From positions 62,001 through 126,000 of the forward strand of contig NW_021830031.1 in NCBI RefSeq assembly GCF_006345805.1: a stretch of 64,000 nt of DNA, written 5' to 3'. How positions within the stretch are numbered: the stretch's first letter is position 1; every line of letters begins with the position of its first letter. Position numbers and translations under genes: made by a program. Positions 1-13,284 of this stretch are shown one piece after another. The notes under the pieces are model-generated. The model searched no databases, was not told the DNA's origin, and saw only the letters and a program-made list of their open reading frames with translations. Source of the stretch: Octopus sinensis (lineage: Eukaryota).

Positions 1-480
1 ACTCGTATCAATACTCTGAAGTCCCCAGAATCTGAGAACTGGGAAAGCTTATAACAATTCTAAAAGTGAAGAAATACCCAAATGTAGTAACATCATAGTG
101 ACCCGTCACCCTCAGTAAAGATCCTCAAATATTCGAGAAAACATTAATCCATGATATCACTAATCTACATAATCTTCCTCTCCAAGACCCCCAACATTTT
201 GGTCAAGTGTCTTTTACTATAACTTCAGGAAACTGAAAGAAGCCCAGCATGTATATATGTGTGTGTGCGTGTCATTGTTTGTGACCATCCAACAGCGCTT
301 GACAATCGGTGTTGGTGTGTTTACATCCCTGTAACCATTATTCCCGCCACCATTCTCGGGTCTCCAAACCTATACAGATTTATACAGCTGACTCAAAAGT
401 GCCTCCCTCATAAAAAGCATCTCCCAGGGCGTGCGGCTCAACTGCCCCGTCCTGTCTATCGGAGAAAATACTCGATGGTT
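1..480 (+). pseudogene. Possible highly decayed Penelope-like retroelement coding remnant, interrupted by SINE fragments
   Basis: A/C-rich sequence with broken frames; fragments such as SPNLYRF and a nearby Cys-Pro loosely resemble the RT-to-GIY-YIG linker. No intact motif, so support is weak. Confidence 0.2.
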
Positions 481-511
481 TCAACAACAACAACAAAAAA
501 GTTTGCGGGGG

Positions 512-955
512 GGGGGTCGTGGCTTAGTGATTAGGGTGTTAGACTCATGATCATAAGATAGTGGTTTCGATTCCAGGACCGGGCGATGTGTCGTGTTCTC
601 GAGCAAAACACTTCATTTCCCCGTTGCTCCAGTCCATTCAACTGGCAAATCTGAGAAAACCCTGCAACGGACCGGCGTTCCGTCCAGGAAGGAGAGTATA
701 TGCGCGGGGGTTCGTGGCTTAGTGATTAGGGTGTTAGACTCATGATCATAAGATAGTGGTTTCGATTCCAGGACCGGGCGATGTGTCGTGTTCTCGAGCA
801 AAACACTTCATTTCCCGTTGCTCCAGTCCATTCAACTGGCAAATCTGAGAAAACCCTGCAACGGACCGGTGTTCCGTCCAGGAAGAAGAATATATGCGCC
901 AAAGAAACCGGGAAAACAGACCCCTATGCTTCTTCCGAAGTAACGTGGACTAACC
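512..955 (+). mobile_element. tRNA-derived SINE (family B here) with an internal 195-bp tandem duplication
   Basis: A-box-like TGGCTTAGTGATTAG and B-box-like GGTTTCGATTCC. TCGTGGCTTAGTG occurs at 517 and 712. A related copy lies at 48925-49175. Confidence 0.75.
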
Positions 956-1097
956 AGTGTACCATTCTAGCCATCATCACCGACGTCAAAGTTTTCGACT
1001 CCATTCCCCGCCATCCACTCGATACAAACTGAAATATTCAACACGTCCTTAAGAAACAACACAAAAACACCGGTTAGCAAACTGTCGGGTTACTGAG

Positions 1098-1465
1098 TTT
1101 ACTCTTTACTCTTTTACTTGTTTCAGTCATTTGACTGCGGCCATGCTGGAGCACCACCTTTTAGTACTTATTCTATCGCTCTCTTTTTGCCGAACCGCTA
1201 ATGTGACGGGGACGTAAACACACCAGCATCGGTTGTCAAGCAATGCTAGGGGGACAAACACAGACACACAAACACACACACATATACATATGTATATACA
1301 TATATACGACAGGCTTCTTTCAGTTTCCGTCTACCAAATCCACTCACAAAGCATTGGTCGGCCCGGGGCTATAGCAGAAGACACTTGCCCAAAATGCCAC
1401 GCAGTGGGACTGAACCCGCAACCGTGTGGTTGGTTAGCAAGCTACTTACCACACAGCCACTCCTG
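1098..1465 (-). mobile_element. tRNA-derived SINE, family A (internal TA/TG microsatellite, AAAGAGT-repeat tail)
   Basis: Near-identical to copies at 7980, 11681, 22995, 23888, 35776 and 47150. Head TGGCTGTGTGGTAAG...GGTTCAGTCCC; tail GACTGAAACAAGTAAAAGAG. Confidence 0.9.
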
Positions 1466-1743
1466 TAGCACACAAGAACAACAGTTTCAGAACCTTCGAA
1501 ATTGCTGGATTGCGTGCCAAAGGGATCTGTCCTTTCACCCGTTCTTTTCAACCTGTAAATTAAACACAACTTCTCCCCACCTAGCACTTCTACAAAACAT
1601 GCAGACAGCTTCATACGCAAATGACATAATATTCACATCCTCCTACCATTCTTCAGACACAGCTGCTCATTTACTTTAGAAGCCTTACTTAAATTACCTG
1701 GCTCCGCGACAACAGCCGTACAGAAGCACCTACCAAAGCTTTT

Positions 1744-1797
<54 letters not shown>

Positions 1798-2538
1798 TCT
1801 TACAGGCAATAATAATACCAGACAGCATCAAATACATACAGCCACCACACGCCCATCGGCATAAACATACCACACATAGAGAAGACACAATACTAGAAGC
1901 TAGATATAATTAACACCTCTACGAACACACACACACTCACACATGCAGTACATCCACAGACAGAAGACTTAGCGAAGGAAGCAAAAACGACGCACAAACC
2001 TACCAACAGCAATTCTAAGTACCACATTTGGCCAACAGAAAGCAACAATGATAATGATGTATGAACGTTACATAAGATCCATCACAAGACTGTGTCAGTT
2101 ATAGTTGGGATCCCTAATATCTTTATAGCAAACCACAACAAATTATAAAGACCGCAAAAAGGTGTACGACGCATCGTAACAGGTTGTTCATAGGCCACAC
2201 CCACAGACAACTGATGCAACGTAATGAATTGGTTGTGTGCTAGCTTTGCAACCACGTGGTTTCAAGTTCAGTTCCACTGCTCGTCACTTTGAGCAAGTGT
2301 CTTCTACTATAGCTCCGGGCCGACCAATGCCTTGCGAGTAAATCTGGTAGAATTTGTGGAAGCCGTCGTCTATATATATAAACACCATACCATCGGGAGG
2401 TGGAATTAACTAACAGGTGGTAACCGATAAAGAGAAGCAGAGGAGCTTTTAAGAGCGCATTCTGAGGCTTTTGCTCAAGCAAAATTAAATGTGTGTGTGT
2501 GTGTATACACACGTCTTTGTGACTGTCCCAACCCCAAC

Positions 2539-2898
2539 CCCCACTTAACCGGCGTTGGTTTGTTTATGTTTCCCGTAACTTAGTGGTTCGATGAAATGGA
2601 ACGATTAAGGACTAGATTTTTTTTCTTTTTTAAATAACTGGGGTCGATTCGTTCGACTAAGCCCGCCGCAGCCCAATGACTGAAACGAGTAAAAGATCAA
2701 AGATAAAATGAAGGGACACCCCACTTAACCGGCGCTGGTTTGTTTATGTTTCCCGTAACTTAGTGGTTCGATGAAATGGAACGATTAAGGACTAGATTTT
2801 TTTCTTTTTTAAATAACTGGGGTCGATTCGTTCGACTAAACCCGCCGCAGCCCAATGACTGAAACGAGTAAAAGATCAAAGATAAAACGAAGGGACAC
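2539..2898. repeat. 180-bp tandem duplication of a decayed family A SINE 3' half
   Basis: CCACTTAACCGGCG at 2541 and 2721; the two units are nearly identical. Confidence 0.9.
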
Positions 2899-3489
2899 AA
2901 GTTATTTCTCCGACTAACTTCACTTCCATACTCCTTGCTGTTACTCCTAGAAACACCAAGTCCACAATACTACAATACTCCGGTGCACTTTTAAAACTAC
3001 TGTCCATCTCTCCTATTCAGCCCGGACAAGCATAAAGAACGTACACACAGAAACTAGTCGCAACAAGCACCAGGCATTGTGCTGGGATGCACACACTCCC
3101 GACAATAATTGCAGACGAACAACAACTATTGCACTTTGATCCGTTCCGACTCTGCCTTGGCCGCGCCCAGAATCTATTTTTCCTACTCAATACGGACAAG
3201 CATAAAGGGATACACACAGAACATGCCGCAACAAGAACTGTTTTAACCAATCTCAAATATTCTGCAGGGGTATACTTACATCTCAAGGGCGTATATTCCG
3301 GGTGTGCTAGGTGTGCGCTGCACAGCCATCGAAAATGGTAAATTCATTATAAATATTAGCCTTACTCATTAATTTAATCACAAATCTTAATAGAAAACTT
3401 TTGTTATACCCTGCTTGAAATTTGGTGACATTGGGTGTGGTAGTACACCCAATACAACAACCACCATACGTCACTGATATACCTCCACC

Positions 3490-3648
3490 TATGGGGTGGA
3501 CTGAGCCGTCGGTCAATCGGGCACTACCCGAGGGCCCGAAGCTCTGAGGGGCCCACATTCTACATGTTAACTCTACAAAAACACACATTCAAAGGGGCCC
3601 GGTAAACAGTTATGCCCGAGGGCCCTTAATACTCTCAGTTCGTCCCTG
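3490..3648. mobile_element. Small hAT-type MITE
   Basis: 8-bp direct repeat CCTCCACC at 3482-3489 and 3649-3656. Imperfect TIRs (TATGGGGTGGACTGAG / reverse complement CAGGGACGAACTGAG); internal GGGCCC motifs. Confidence 0.6.
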
Positions 3649-5155
3649 CCTCCACCCCAACAATAATTGCTGAGGAACAACAGATATGCGATCTGACTCG
3701 TTCCGAATCCTCTGTAATTGGCCCCAGAATCTTTCTTTCCTACTCAACTCAGACAAGACGAAGGAACAGAGATACAGAACTAGCTGCAATAAGAACGGCT
3801 TCAACCGACCCCAAATATTCAACTAGGATATTCATACCCCAGTCCCCAACAATAATTGCAGAGGAACAGTAACTATTGCACTCTGATCCGTTCGATTCTG
3901 CCGTGGCCACCCCAAGAATTTATCTCTCCTACTCAGTAAGGACAAGCATTAAAAAGTACATGTACACAGAATTAACTGCAACAGCTTCAGCTAGACTCAA
4001 ACATGTTGGATTGTGCAGTTTGGGGTTTCAGAGACATGGAATAACAGAGAGAACAATACTACAGGTTGTATTTCATCATTCGAGCAAACTAATCTTGATC
4101 AAGACTGGCCTGGTGTTTATGCAACCGTGATGGTGGTGGTGATAGTGATGGTAGTCTTCCGTAGTCCGAGAAAGACGGTTCTGAAAATTCCTGCTGAACA
4201 CCCAGGACAGACGATTTGTTTATAGTGATCCAATGTTTTGTGATGCACATTAGATCCCTCATTCCTTCAAATCGATGTTGGGTGAACAAGAGCGGTGTAC
4301 CAGACCTCAGGAATCGAAGAAATCGCAGAGCAACACGAGATGCAGTGTTTTGTTCAAGAACACAACACAACACACCAACCGTTCTAGGAATTGAAACCAC
4401 GATCTCCCAATCGCGAGTGCAACAACACTAGGCAACGCGCCCTCGCTGCGAAACAATAACAATCACCCAATCATCATCATCAACACAAACATCTCTCTGA
4501 TGATCATCATCATACTTCCTCATCAACCGCCACTAATCAACTGCAAACCTCCATGTAGTTGTTCGATATGCTAGAAACACCAACAAAATCTCAGTCAAAT
4601 CACATCCTGCCATATAGAGAAAGGGAAGAACAATCTGGATAATGTATTCCTAGGAAATCCTTTAAATCAAAACAGGATTGCCTTGGCTTGGACACTTTTG
4701 ATCATAAGTCTGCTCGATCAGGGATGGCCTGGGTTTACACAACAACAGCAATAAATATTACGATGAACCATGAGCCAACAAGGGAGCCTCTACTTGGTCA
4801 GTGGATATGCTAGAAATAGTAGCCACGTCTCCCTAAAAACTATACACCAACAGTTTTATAAAGGCGAGCGTATTCCTAAACATTTGGAATGGCCTTAATC
4901 ATAGTTCTGCTCAAGACCAAGGGAGGTAGGATGGGGGGAAGGTAGCAGTGTAATCATACACACATATATAAGGATACACACACACATATAAGGATATATA
5001 TATTTATATATGCACACACACACATACATATACACGTACATATATATACGCGTCATACATATACATACATACGCGCGCGAACGCACACACACGCACATAT
5101 GCACGCACTCACACACACACACATATAAATAACACTTGACTCTACACCACTTATT

Positions 5156-5929
5156 TATTTCCTTATTGCCCACAGGGGGCTAAACACAGAGGGGACAAAC
5201 AAGGACAGACAAAGGGATTAAGTCGACTACATCGACCCCAGTGCGTAACAGGTACTTATTTAATCGACGCCGAAAGGATGAAAGGCAAAGTCGACCTCGG
5301 CGGAATTTGAACTCAAAACGTAGCGGCAGACGAAATACCTATTTCTTTACTACCCACAAGGGGCTAAACACAGGGAGGACAAACAAGGACAGACAAACGG
5401 ATTAAGTCGATTGTATCGACCCCAGTGCGTAACTGGTACTTATTTAATCGACCTCGAAAGGATGAAAAGCAAAGTCGACCTCGGCGGAATTTGAACTCAG
5501 AACGTAGAGGCAGACGAAATACCTATTTCTTTACTACCCACAAGGGGCTAAACACAGGGAGGACAAACAAGGACAGACAAACGGATTAAGTCGATTGTAT
5601 CGACCCCAGTGCGTAACTGGTACTTATTTAATCGACCTCGAAAGGATGAAAAGCAAAGTCGACCTCGGCGGAATTTGAACTCAGAACGTAGAGGCAGACG
5701 AAATACCTATTTCTTTACTACCCACAAGGGGCTAAACACAGGGAGGACAAACAAGGACAGACAAACGGATCAAGTCGATTACATCGACCCCAGTGCGTAA
5801 CTGGTACTTATTTAATCGACCTCGAAAGGATGAAAAGCAAAGTCGACCTCGGCGGAATTTGAACTCAGAAAGTAACGGCAAACGAAATACTGCTACGCAT
5901 TTCGCCCGGCGTGCTAACGACTTTGCCAG
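5156..5929 (-). mobile_element. tRNA-derived SINE, family C, with its 3' 184-bp portion repeated ~4 times in tandem
   Basis: GAAATACCTATTTCTTTACTACCC recurs with a 184-bp period. The whole array is flanked by direct repeat CTCTACACCACTTATT (5140-5155, 5930-5945). A monomeric copy lies at 28139-28365. Confidence 0.85.
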
Positions 5930-6451
5930 CTCTACACCACTTATTGCGTTCTTTATCGTTAAAAATTTGTACATAGAAACATACGAGCGTATACACACAC
6001 CGTTTGAATATATTACAAAGAACAGAGAAAAGGCGTGCGTGCATGCGTGTAGACATGTACGAAGAACGCACGCCCCACCCCAAAAAACCCCGCGTTTATG
6101 TAAATTGTATCAAAGCACCTGATTTATTCATGTAGCTTTCACAAGAAGACACCCGGTCAAGAGAGAGAAACGTTCACACAACACACACCTAATCATCTGC
6201 GACAAAAGAAACGTGTCTAACAGTAAGATAACTTTGAAATATGAAAACTACTACTCGTTCTTCACAGATCGCTTGCCGGTCGTCAGAGCTGACCTACACC
6301 ACGCAATATCAAACCATATACATAACCAATGATATCTGTCTTTCTGTCTCCAGTCAAATCCCTCCTCCTCCTCCTCCTTCTTCTTCTTCTTCTCCTCCTT
6401 CTTCTCCATCGTCTTTTCTTTCTAGTAACCTCACAAATCGGTCATTTTTTT

Positions 6452-6815
6452 TTTACTGCGGCCATGCTGGGGCACCACCTTGATAGATTTAAGTGGAACA
6501 AATCAACTCGAAATCCCTTCAAGAATTTCAATTTCTAAGTATGCTATTTACTCTATCGGTCTCTTTACGCTGAACAGCTAAGTTACGGAGACGTCAACAA
6601 ACCAACACCTATTGCCAAGCGGTGAATGGGGCGGGATAAGTACATACACTCTATATATATGTATGTGTGTGTATGTACACACACACACACACATATCTAT
6701 ACATGTTACTTCTACACAGTTACTGTCAACGAAATTCACTCACAAAGCATTGGTCGGCCCGGGGTTATAGTGAAGACACTTGCCCAAGCTGCTGTACAGT
6801 GGGATTGAACCCGAA
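6452..6815 (-). mobile_element. Older, diverged family A SINE
   Basis: Colinear with the family A copies (GCGGCCATGCTGG...CTCACAAAGCATTGGTCGGCCC...GACACTTGCCCAAG) but with many substitutions. Confidence 0.75.
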
Positions 6816-7979
6816 ATCACTGGGATTGCACCCATTCATATACCCGTCCATACTGCCGGCTATTTATCCACCCAACCACGCCCCTAATCTAATGAACCCA
6901 CCCGTCCAGCTGAGTGCATATATATATATATATATGTACCCATATATCTACCCAGCCCAGCCAGCCAGCCATCCAAACACCCGTATATCTACCTACCCAA
7001 GCATCTATTAACACATGGCTCTATCTAACTACCCAGTCAGCCGTACACCCATATATATATATATATATACATAAGTAACATGTATAGATATGCTTGTGTG
7101 TGTGTATATATATATACACACACACACACATACATATATATATATGCACACCCACCTGTGCATCTAAAAATGTACCTACTTACCTAGCCACATGTACACC
7201 ATATATCGATCTATACCCACCCGCTTATCTATACACCCAGATATCGATCTAATCTAGATACCACTCTGACGATCTACCCACCTACTCAACCAGTCATCTA
7301 ATTATACGCCCCCTTATTTGTCCCACCTGCCTACCCGTCCTTCCACTTATCTACCCACTTACCCCCATACCTGTAAACAGTGGCAGAAAGAGAGAAGGGG
7401 GGAGATGACGAGGCATGTGGAGAAAGAAAGAAAGAAAGAATGAAAGAAAGAAAGACGGAGAGAGAAGTGGGCGTGGCAGCGTTTGATTTATAACAACTAA
7501 TCAGCAGGAACTAATTAGCGAGTGCCAGTACCTATAGCAATTAGTAGTAAGTTTAATTAGTTAAACGTATGTGTAAGCTTCCGGGCAAGTTTAATAATTA
7601 AGGGAAATTATTAATTACTACCTCTGTTCGGTGGCCATGGCGAAAGCGGTTGTGTGGTGGATGAAACTGAAAGGTCTGACGAAGGCCAGTTCCGTCTTTG
7701 GCCAGGGCCTCGTCGACATACTTAAAATACCATTTCAAAAGAAAGGTGCGGGTTGTGAGAGATGTGCAGAAAAAAATTTAATGAAAGGTGGGTGAATGAG
7801 GCGAAGATGGTCGGAATGAGTGGGCCTACCCTAAGCCGGTGCCTTGCAGGCTGAAGAGTATGGAGAGAGCAGTACTTAACATGGTACTTCCAGTGATTAG
7901 GGTTCCTTGGGATAAACGGAGTTTCTTGGAATGCCCCCCCGTGTGGTGTTTTACCGCCACCCTACATTGGGGATTTCGT

Positions 7980-8408
7980 TTACTCTTTTACTTGTTTCAG
8001 TCATTTGACTGCGGCTATGCTGGAGCACCGCCTTTAATCGAGCAACTCGACACCGGGACTTATTCTTTTGTAAGCCCAGTACTTATTATATCGGTCTCTT
8101 TTGCCGAACCGCTAAGTTACGGGGACAGAAACACACCAGCATCGGTTGTCAAGCAATGCTAGGGGGACAAACACAGACACACAAACACACACACACATAT
8201 ATATATATATATACATATATACATATATATATATACACATATATACGACAGGATTCTTTCAGTTTCCGTCTACCAAATCCACTCACAAGGCATTGGTCGG
8301 CCCGAGGCTATAGTAGAAGACACTTGCCCAAGATGCCACGCAGTAGGACTGAACCCGGAACCATGTGGTTGGTTAGCAAGCTACTTACCACACAGCCACT
8401 CCCGCGCC
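7980..8408 (-). mobile_element. Full-length family A SINE
   Basis: Complete head (GGCGCGGGAGTGGCTGTGTGG on the minus strand) through to the tail; matches the other copies. Confidence 0.9.
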
Positions 8409-8553
8409 TATTTGTTAAGTTTTTTTGTAAATTGTATGTAATCGTTTACACATTTCAAAGTAAATCTCAACTGTCTTTTGTCTTTGTGTTGTCCAAAATG
8501 TTTTGCAGCCCTTGTGGCCAATAAAAGAATCATTATTGTTGTTGTTGTTGTAA

Positions 8554-9180
8554 CGAGCTGGTAGAATCGTTAGCACCCTCAGGAAAATGCTTAGCGGCAT
8601 TTCGTCCACCATTACTGCGGCCATGCTGGGGCACCACCTTGATAGATTTAAGTGGAACAAATCAACTCGAAATCCCTTCAAGAATTTCAATTTCTAAGTC
8701 TGCTATTTACTCTATCGGTCTGTTTACGCTGAACAGCTAAGTTACGGAGACGTCAACAAACCAACACCTATTGCCAAACGGCATTTCGTCCACCATTACG
8801 TTCTGCGTTCAAATTCCGCCGGGGTCGACTTCGCATGTCATCCTTTCGGGGTCGATAAATTAAATACCAGTAAAGTACTGAGGTTGACTATCCTCCTCTC
8901 CACAAATTCCAGGCCTTGTGCCTATAGCAGAAAGGATTATTATTATTATTATTATTACTATTACAGCGAGCTGGCAGAAACGTTGGCACGCCGAGCAAAA
9001 TGCTTGGCGACATTTCATCTGTGTTTACGTTCTGAGTTCAAATTCTGCCAAGGTCAACTTTACTTTTTATCCTTTCGGGGTCGATAAAAATAAATACCGG
9101 TTGAATACTAGGGTTAATGTATACGACTTACCCCCTCCTCTAAAAATTGCTGGCCTTGTAACAAAATTTGAAACCATCAT
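8554..9180 (+). mobile_element. Two adjacent family C-related SINEs; the first carries a templated insertion
   Basis: Heads GAGCTGG(T/C)AGAA at 8554 and ~8968; B-box GTTCAAATTC; TCCTTTCGGGGTCGATAAA core; (ATT)n tails. Confidence 0.7.
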
Positions 9181-10320
9181 TATTATAATTAATATCATAA
9201 TATCATTACGAGTGAGTGGCCAAGTGGCTGTAATGTGGCGTATTAGGTAAGACGTCGAACAAAAATACGTTACGTTGTCAAGTTTACCTAGCTGTTACGT
9301 TCCAAGTTCAAATCCCGTCGTGGGCGTCTTTAATTTTTCATTATCCTAAATCGATAGAATGAAATACCATTCAAGTACTGGAGGAAGGGAGTCTGTTTAA
9401 TTTCTTCCTTTTCTCTCTCCCACCCGCCTTCATAAAACAAAAAAATATCGAGCTTTGTACAGTGTGGATAGATAAGTAGAGAGACAGATTATTAGACACA
9501 GAGATGAATGGCAAAATAAATAAATAAATAGATACACACAAAATAATCACTGTGCATACCACTGTTACGTAAATGCCTGCGACTCGGGTTCGGTTCAAAC
9601 TTGAAACCGTGTCACGGTATTTAAAATGTCCTTGACACAAGGAACGGCATCCAATTTGCCCTTTACACACAGACAGACAGACACACTTACACACAAATGT
9701 ATATACATATACAGACATGACATGTACACATATAGAAACACATACACATATTATTCTTTTCTACTCTAGGCACCAAGGCCCGAAATTTTTAGGGGAGGGG
9801 ACCAGTCGATTAAGATTGACTCCAGTGCGCAACTGGTACTTAATTTATCGACCCCGAAAGGATGAAAGGCAAAGTCGACCTCGGACAAATTTGAACTCAG
9901 AACGTAAAGACGGACGAAATTCAGCCAGGCATTTTACCTAGCGTATATATATATATAATTATTATTATTATTATTATTATTATTACTACTACTACTATTA
10001 TTACAATATTTCGACTGCTATTTCCAGTAAATATCGGTACCTTGTTGTGACACTATTTCCTAATATATATATATATATATATATTATATATAAGGGCTTA
10101 GTAAAATAAATTACTTTGCCACATACTGAACTCATATATATATATACTTTGTACGTTCAAAGTTCAAATCTGGATGGGGACCGATATCGCGTTTTTATAC
10201 CCGCCCCCGCTAAGTCTGGAATCAATAAAATGCTACTGAAAGCAACTAGTACACTACAACTTCTACTACTACTACAACCACCAACACTACCAATCTCACT
10301 AATACTGTTACCACATCATC

Positions 10321-10352
<32 letters not shown>

Positions 10353-11259
10353 GACCACCAGAAACAACACGATACTATTAAGAGTTAACGAAAGGGGGCC
10401 TTTATGTGGACGCTCAGTCTGCTAGAAATAGCAGCCAAATAGCTCTGAAATCTTGAATTACATACGCACCCGCACCACCGTCCTAAAGAAAAAAAAAGGG
10501 GGCGGGTACATGAGATAATGTAATTCTGACTTCCTTCATTAGGACGAGGACGGGATGGTCACGGTTGGGTGAGCTTTGATTGTAAGCCTGTTCGATGAGG
10601 GTTTGATTCGGAGCTAAACTACATTATCATTACAACCACGATATTACAATTACAACTATACCACTACTACTACTACTACCTCTACTACATCACAACGATT
10701 AATGTTACTACTATTACTACTATCACCACCACAACCACTGTTACGTATCAATCTCCCTGGTTTGTATGTATGCATGGATGGATGTACGTACGTACGTACG
10801 TAAACAGCTGACTGTCACACTGAAGATATCTTGGCCAGGACAGGTTTGCTTTCCCTCCACATTATCTTAAAGTTACAACAGAAATGTTACCACAAACTGG
10901 TCGCTCCAGGTCACGAGGTCAATTTTTACGACAGGAGTTGAGTAAGGAAGAAAGGCCGGCCGAGTGACATTAAACCTTGTACTTATACATGTAGACGCGC
11001 GCGGAGGTGGTCGTTTGGCAGAACTGTAAGAACGTTAGAACAACTGCTCTTTGCGTTCCGAGTTCAAATTCCGCCAAGTCTACTTTGCCTTCCACCTTTC
11101 CAAGGTCGATAAATAAAGCAGTAGTCGGATGCCGAGCTGATTTTCTCTTAACTCTCTCTGTCTCCTTGTTGAGGGAGACAAAATATACAAGCATATCCAC
11201 ACCCACAGACGTGTGTGTGTGTGTGTGTGTGTGTAATGCTATCACTACTGCGTGGGCAG

Positions 11260-11665
11260 AAAAAGCTCTGAGCAAAACTCAACGATCCAGGCTCAAATTC
11301 CATCGTCTTCCATTGCTGAAGTTCCCAGTTCAAAAGCAACTGACCTGGTCTCACCCACTGACGGACACTTGACTTCGGGTCAAGAGAGATTAAACAAGTG
11401 TCAATTGCTCAACTGCCTACCTGAAGAAATCAGAAATATGAGACAAAACCTCTAGTGAAACATTAACTAGAAGCACGCATTGGGATAAACTCGAAACGAC
11501 GATTAGCGGACCAGCCAGCCATTCAAGGATACGACTCGGGGAAGATCAGCTGCTACGAACTCAATCATAAACCAACTCCTAGCCATAAAGCGACAACAGA
11601 ACTGAAAGAAGATAAATTAAGGCGATGCTCAAGCATGAACGCAGTCCTATGACTGAAACCATTTA
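11260..11665 (+). pseudogene. 3' end of a decayed CR1/L2-like LINE (ORF2 C-terminus plus 3' UTR)
   Basis: Frameshifted peptides QLLNCLPEEIRNM, DQPAIQGY and RSAATNSIINQ resemble CR1/L2-group ORF2 C-termini; followed by a tail homologous to the family A SINE tail. Confidence 0.55.
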
Positions 11666-11680
11666 AACTAAGAAAAAAAT

Positions 11681-12090
11681 GTGGCTGTGTGGTAAGTAGC
11701 TTGCTAACCAACCACATGGTTCTGGGTTCAATCCCACTGCGTGGCATCTTGGGCAAGTGTCTTCTGCTATAGCCCCGGGCCGACCAATGCCTTGTGAGTG
11801 GATTTGGTAGACGGAAACTGAAAGAAGCCTGTCGTATATATGTATATATATATTATATATATATATATACACATATGTATGTGTGTTTGTGTTTGTCCCC
11901 CTAGCATTGCTTGACAACCGATGCTGGTGTGTGTTTACGTCCCCGTCACTTAGCGGTTCGGCAAAAGAGACCGATAGAATAAGTACTGGGCTACAAAGAA
12001 TAAGTCCCGGGGTCGATTTGCTCGACTAAAGGCGGTGCTCCAGCATGGCCGCAGTCAAATGACTGAAACAAGAAAAAGAGTAAAAAAAGA
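11681..12090 (+). mobile_element. Family A SINE
   Basis: GTGGCTGTGTGGTAAGTAGC...GACTGAAACAAGAAAAAGAG, colinear with the other copies. Confidence 0.9.
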
Positions 12091-12601
12091 GAGAGATACA
12101 AACACACACACACACGCTTAAATCATTTGTGTGTATGTGGGTGGATGGATGGATGGAGTGCACGTATGTAATTATATACATCAAAATCTATGAGAGCAAC
12201 AACATTAGCAACAGTTAAATAACGGCCGAGCTTTCCTATCGAAACTGTATTTGAAATTGAGAGATTTTTCTTAATTACAACACATTACCAAGAAAAGGTC
12301 ACCACGGCTATCTTACTCCGTTATGCATTATATATTTATACAGACATGCATAATATATGTATGTGTGTATGTACGTATACATTTACAGATATATTTCATA
12401 TTATGTGTGCGTGTATGTACATATATCTATATACACACGTGTTAATACGTGCCTAATATACACACACGTACGTTATATAGATACACCTCGTATCAAATAT
12501 ACATATGTACACACGCACATTATATATATATATATATACACCATCGCACACACACACATTACATGTATGACTATATAGTCTATGTTTTCACACACACACC
12601 T

Positions 12602-12640
<39 letters not shown>

Positions 12641-12731
12641 GAGTACATACTCACATATCGTATATGTGTGTATGTATATATATATATATATATACACGCA
12701 CACATACATACACGTGCTCATACACACACAC

Positions 12732-12783
<52 letters not shown>

Positions 12784-13284
12784 TTATACACATGCAAACC
12801 GAAACAAACCGTCGTAGGGCTGATTAACGTTTGTGTTGATTTCTTATATACATTATATATAAACTCATGGTCTCAGATCTTAAAGGAGAAATAGTTGGGC
12901 CATATATCGCGACCCTTCCACACACACAGTCTTTTAGTAATCATTTAATTTTATCGACACCGGAAGGATGAAAGGCAATGCTGACCACGGCGCGATTTGA
13001 ACTCATAACGTAGAGAGCAACAAGGCTCAACTGATTCTCACGGAACCACCCCATTGATTTAATGATAGTCACAATCCGGTCTGACGATGAGATCAATACG
13101 TGGTTGCTTCGACAGCTCGAAATAGCAGCCGCATCTCCTTCAAGTCACACTAACATCTACAAAAAATAGCACTGCAAATAATGTGATTCTGGGTTCTCTG
13201 AATAAAGGACTAAGACAGGATGGTCACAGTTGGGATGTCTGTCATCATAGGTCTGTTGAACTGGTGTTGATTTAAGGGCTGGGA

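Noticed and set aside
3284-3476. Second small hAT-like MITE (CAAGGGCGTAT...ATACGTCACTG)
   Set aside because: TIR match is short and imperfect and there is no convincing 8-bp TSD.
7676-7715. CTGACGA followed by a GGCC hairpin
   Set aside because: No GAAA box downstream, so not a hammerhead. The surrounding 7620-7960 may be a very decayed retroelement but I cannot support that.
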